Assembly: GCA_001643675.2 (NCBI GenBank)
Contig: LSRY02000002.1
Coordinates: 1,674,001 to 1,738,000 of the forward strand
From: Monocercomonoides exilis PA203
Lineage: Eukaryota > Protista > Preaxostyla
DNA: 64,000 nt
Reading direction: 5' to 3'
Part shown: positions 59,380 to 64,000 of the stretch, in pieces
Position numbering within the stretch: the stretch's first letter is position 1
Layout: every line of letters starts with the position of its first letter
Position numbers and translations under genes: made by a program
Notes under the pieces: model-generated
Told to the model about the DNA's origin: nothing
The model's input: the letters and a program-made list of their open reading frames with translations, nothing else
Databases searched by the model: none

Positions 59380-62300
59380 AATAATCGATTTGGCTGAATT
59401 GTCAAATCCAGATGCAAGTTGAAGTTGGATATTCATCAATTCAAGATGAATATTATTTCCCATGAAATATTCCAGTTGACTTTCAATCGCCTCTTTAACA
59501 TTCAATGTTGCTTTTGTATCTTCTTCTCCCATCTTCACATCCTTTTTGATCTGATAATTGGACACATTGAACGAATCTCGAATAATTGTTGATCCTTCAA
59601 TCTGAATTGTTTTTCTTCCAATCTCCTTTTTCATGTTCATCATTCCTTTCCACATTGTGAAACAAGGTTCCTCTTCACTTCCACATCTTGCAACATCAAA
59701 TCCATTCGATGAGATAAATATCTCAATTGAGCTGTATGGAACGAGGAACATGAACAAATCTTTATCTGAATGATAACTATCACTTCCAACAAACAGAGTC
59801 TTATCATTTATCATTGATGAATAATCAAACTTGAATGTGTCGTTTGTCACAGAACAATTCAAATCCTTTGACAGAATGAATATGTTCTTTCCATATTCTG
59901 CCCCATTTCCATCAAACACAAGAGGATCTGATAATTCAAATTTTGCATCTGAATCTATCAGAGAAAGAAACATTCCTCCTCCTTTCCCTTCACTTCCACT
60001 TGTTGATGGTGCACAGCACTTTTCAAATCGTATTGATGATACATGCAGCTCAGAGGGATTCACCAATGAAACTGACAGTCCTCCTCCTCCTTTTCCATTC
60101 TCAGTCACCTCGCATGAAGCAAATGAGCAGTTCTCAATTCTCGTTGTATCTTGGCTTCCATCTTCATTTGAATCAACACAAACACATCCACCGTCTCCTG
60201 CTCCTCTCGTGATGTTCTCAAATGATGTGTTCTTCAATGTGATTGATGAGCATTTCTCGACCTTAACTGCTTCACAACTCCGCAGAATGGAATTCATTAT
60301 CGAGCAATTCTGAATTGCAGCTGAGCTGCTTGTTGCAATCTCAATCAACCCTTTTGCTCCATTTGAGGTTGTTTGGTTAATAACCATTTCATCCATCAGG
60401 CATTCACAACTTCCATTCACAACAATCACACTTCCCACAAATCCCACATTCCCCACATTCCCTCCACATATCATTCGAATAATCTCCACTTTTCCTCCAC
60501 TCGCACTCACAAACACATAATTCGATGAATTCACTCCATCTCTCATCTTCATCCCACAATCAGCAAATCTCAATGTCCCTCCTGAAGAATGAACAAATGA
60601 TATATGTTCCCAAATCGATTCTCCCAATTCAAATAATATCCCTGTCAATGTTGATGAAACACTGTTCATCATCATTGCTTCTTGTGTTTTTGTTCCTGTT
60701 CCTCCAACTTTCAATCCAACATCTTTGTCACTCGAATCAATCTCATATGACTCCTCATTCAACTTCACTTCTTCGTCAAATGAAAATGGATTTGTCAATC
60801 TGATCATTCTCTTCGAATTCTTAAATTGAACTTCTCCAACATTCTCAATTCCTTTGCATGGATAGTCTTCGTATCCACACAGCCTGAATTCACTTCCTTG
60901 TTCTCTCCCACTCACATACGCTGGTGATGGTGATGCTCGAAGAAACACAACAAGTGGAACAATCAGCTCTGGTTTGCCACTCTCTTTCCCACAAAGTTCA
61001 TTCAATTCTGCAACATCGATTCCAATTTCTGGATTGAATCCAATTGAGGTGCTGCTGATAACAGCTGACAAATCCTGTGCTTCAACAAACAAATTCTTTC
61101 CTCCCAATGTTGCAGCACAACCAGCAAAACTCACTGATGTTATCTCAAAATCAAATGAATTATCCTCCAGATGCAGCATCATCCCTCCTCCATATCCACT
61201 GCACTTCGTTTTGTCGAATTTTGCTGTTCCTCCAATGCTCGATGTTGATGTTCCAACTCGAACTTTGCTTGTCGAAGATTCCAGCACAACCTTTATCCCT
61301 CCGCCATTCCCATTCACACACTCGCACCCTTCCATCGTTGTATTCCACACCACAAATGTCTCTCCTGCCTTCACGCTCTTTGCCAACAAAACCCCGTCTC
61401 CTCCTGCCCGACTCACATTTCGAACTGTCAAATTCCCCAGAATGCTCTCTCCTGATGATGATCCTGCTGATGATGGCTCGACAAACAAAGGTTCGCTCAT
61501 TTTCATGTTTTTTATCTCAACATCACTCATCCTCAATTGCAACAGAGCCATCACAAACACCGATGCTGATATTCCACTTTCTCCATTAACGCTTGATGAG
61601 ATTGCCACATCCTCCAGAGAAAGAGATCCGCTCCCCACAGATACCACAAACACACTTGGTGATGAACTTCTTATTGCGTTGTGATCGATCCCCACATGCC
61701 ACACCTCCAGCTGTCCACTCGTCACACTGAACAGCGTTGTCGAAGAGGAAGAAAGTGCTCCTGTCCCGATCACACTCACCTCCTTCCCTTTCCCCAAAAC
61801 AGAAATCTTCATTGATTCAAAATTGATTGTTGTTGTCTCCCTTTGATAACTCCCTTCAATCAACACAACTGATAACATCAATTGAATCAAACTATGACTG
61901 ACTGCAATACCAACGGTTTTGCATGCAGTTGGCTCATCTACTCCGCACAACTCGTCCGTGCTTCCTCCGCTCACAGCAACAAGCCGATAAAGAACACCTT
62001 TCTTCAGCCAATCCTTCTTTTCTGTGTGCTGAAACGTCCAGCCATCTGAACTCGAATAATTACATGCATAGCATAATCTGTTTTGATTGGTATTCGTTGT
62101 ATATGATTCAAAGAACGGATTGCTCGACAAAAAAAGATTGTAATAGTCTTCAAAATACACATCGTGACCATATGGAGTGGAATTAGTGCATCCGCAATCG
62201 TGGAAGAAGAAGAAATAGCAATAATGATTGTCAGCAGGAGCTGTTGATTGGAATGGATAAAAACTCAATCCTCCGCCAAGAGATATTGCCGAGCACGAAA

Positions 62301-63852
62301 TGAACTGGATGCTCCTCATTTTGAATGCAGCTGGAACATTTTCACAAAACATCCCACCACCCCATTTATCAGCAACTGAACACGAAGTGAATGAGCACTC
62401 AAACACGTGAGCTCTCTCCTCATTGTCACTTTCTGTTCTAAGACAGGAAGATCCAGAAATATCAAAATTGAAAAGATAAAGGCCTCCTCCATCGTGATGT
62501 GCTTTGGAATTCTTTAATTCACAGCCACTGATCCTGACACATGTTGAAATATTTACAACATACATTCCTCCTCCACGATAATTTTGAGAAGTGCAAGAAT
62601 TGAACGAAGTATTCTCGACCGTAATGGAACATATTTCATATGCTGTTATTGCTCCTCCGCCATAATACGCATAGCAGTCGTTGAACGAGCAATGCTTAAC
62701 AGAAAGTGCTCCTGATGACAGACCGTATATATTAATGGCCCCTCCATTCGAAGCCCTATCTGTAACAGAATCGCTTATTCCTGTTGTATTCGAGCCATTC
62801 CACACACACCAAGTGAATGAATTCGGCCCATTGTCTGTAATCTGCTGTCTCTTTGGATGCTTTGTATTATCTTCGCTTCCAGTGCATTCAACATTTCTTG
62901 TCCGACTACACACAACAAACGAGGTGTTTGAGGCAGACAAGGAGGCATAGGGATTGTTGAGAGAGGAGACAATCCCGCCGTCGTATACATCATGAACTGA
63001 TGAGAATGAGCAGCTGCTCATAAAACATGATGTTTGAAAAAATGAAGTCGTTGGAGATGGACAATCTGAAGGGGCCGTTGAAATATTGAAAAATGACAAT
63101 TTGGAGAGAGAAACAAAAGGGATGGAAGATGATGAGAGGAATGGAGCTGAAGACACACAAAAAGAAGAGAAATGAGAAGAACAAATAGAAACATGACAGT
63201 TTTCAGAAATCTCCCCTTCTGAAACTTTTGAAGAGAAAAGTGGAGGAAATATCTGTTCGGTTGATGTTAAGGTTGAAGACAATCTTAGGGAAATGTTAGT
63301 GAGCAATCCACAGCTCCCACAAAAATCAAAGGGTGATGTCTTTCTCTCAACTCCAACAATGCATCCACTCAACTCAACAAAGCATCCATTTTCTGCCCCG
63401 ATCACACTTTTCCCACTTCTTTCCATCAACGCCAGTGAATTCAGTTCTATCGATGAATTGACCAGAACAAGACATCCTTCAACCCCACTTCCATCACCCA
63501 TTCCCTCGTTTTTCCTCATTTTCCATTCATCGCAATGACTCGATTTTTGAACTTTCCCAATCTCTCCACTTCCATCATCCCATGGTTTTGAGTTTTTCTT
63601 CAATGTGTTCTTTTGTATTTCGGCTTCTCTCACTTCATCTTCTTTCCCTTCAACATGTGCATCAAATAAAATGTCATCTCCATATTTCTTGTTTTGAGCC
63701 TTCTCTGACCATGTGCCTTCCAGATAATTCAATTCTCTCTCTTTCGCTGATTTCTCTCCAACTTCTGTTCCATCACTTCTGAAACCATTACACACACATT
63801 CCACACTAATTATCCACACACAATGAAATATTCCCAACAGCTTCAAAACCAT
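59380..63852 (-). pseudogene. 5' part (signal peptide, beta-helix/polymorphic-repeat ectodomain) of the DIRS-interrupted surface protein gene
   Basis: ATG at 63852 with signal-like MVLKLLGIFHCVWIISVEC; GGAI/GGGM + FxxC repeats. The ORF runs into the element's right end and stops at 59299. Confidence 0.88.
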
Positions 63853-64000
63853 GCCTCTCCGACTGACTTCCTTTCTTTTTTCAATTTTCAATTAATATGG
63901 GCACTTATATTTAAAAAATGGATATTTTTTTATTTTTGAGTATCACATTATCATATAGATATGTTTATTCTTATTTGTTATTTTTTACATCCGATTTTTG

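Noticed and set aside
1-64000. tRNA/rRNA genes
   Set aside because: None recognised by eye; tRNAscan-SE/Infernal would be needed to exclude them.

Overview
This is eukaryotic protist DNA: AT-rich intergenic regions, short GT-AG introns, the standard genetic code and long Ser/Glu-rich low-complexity inserts. The gene families resemble those of the oxymonad Monocercomonoides, which is an inference. The window holds two giant single-pass surface proteins with a degenerate kinase-like tail, an ARM-repeat gene, a Ubl-like + P-loop gene, a TTLL polyglutamylase, a FANCJ-like Fe-S helicase, a CCR4/PDE12-like EEP protein, WASH head-to-head with calcineurin B, and an acyltransferase-3 gene. The main finding is a structurally complete 4,629-bp DIRS-type tyrosine-recombinase retrotransposon (54751-59379). 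It has short ITRs, a perfect internal complementary region, gag, RT-RNaseH-methyltransferase and YR ORFs, and a stretch where all three frames are open. It sits inside the second surface-protein gene, and precise removal restores one ~2,719-aa ORF through a 1-nt crossover core. Also present are a 1.0-kb near-perfect foldback element and gene-conversion-like identity tracts between the two surface-protein paralogues.
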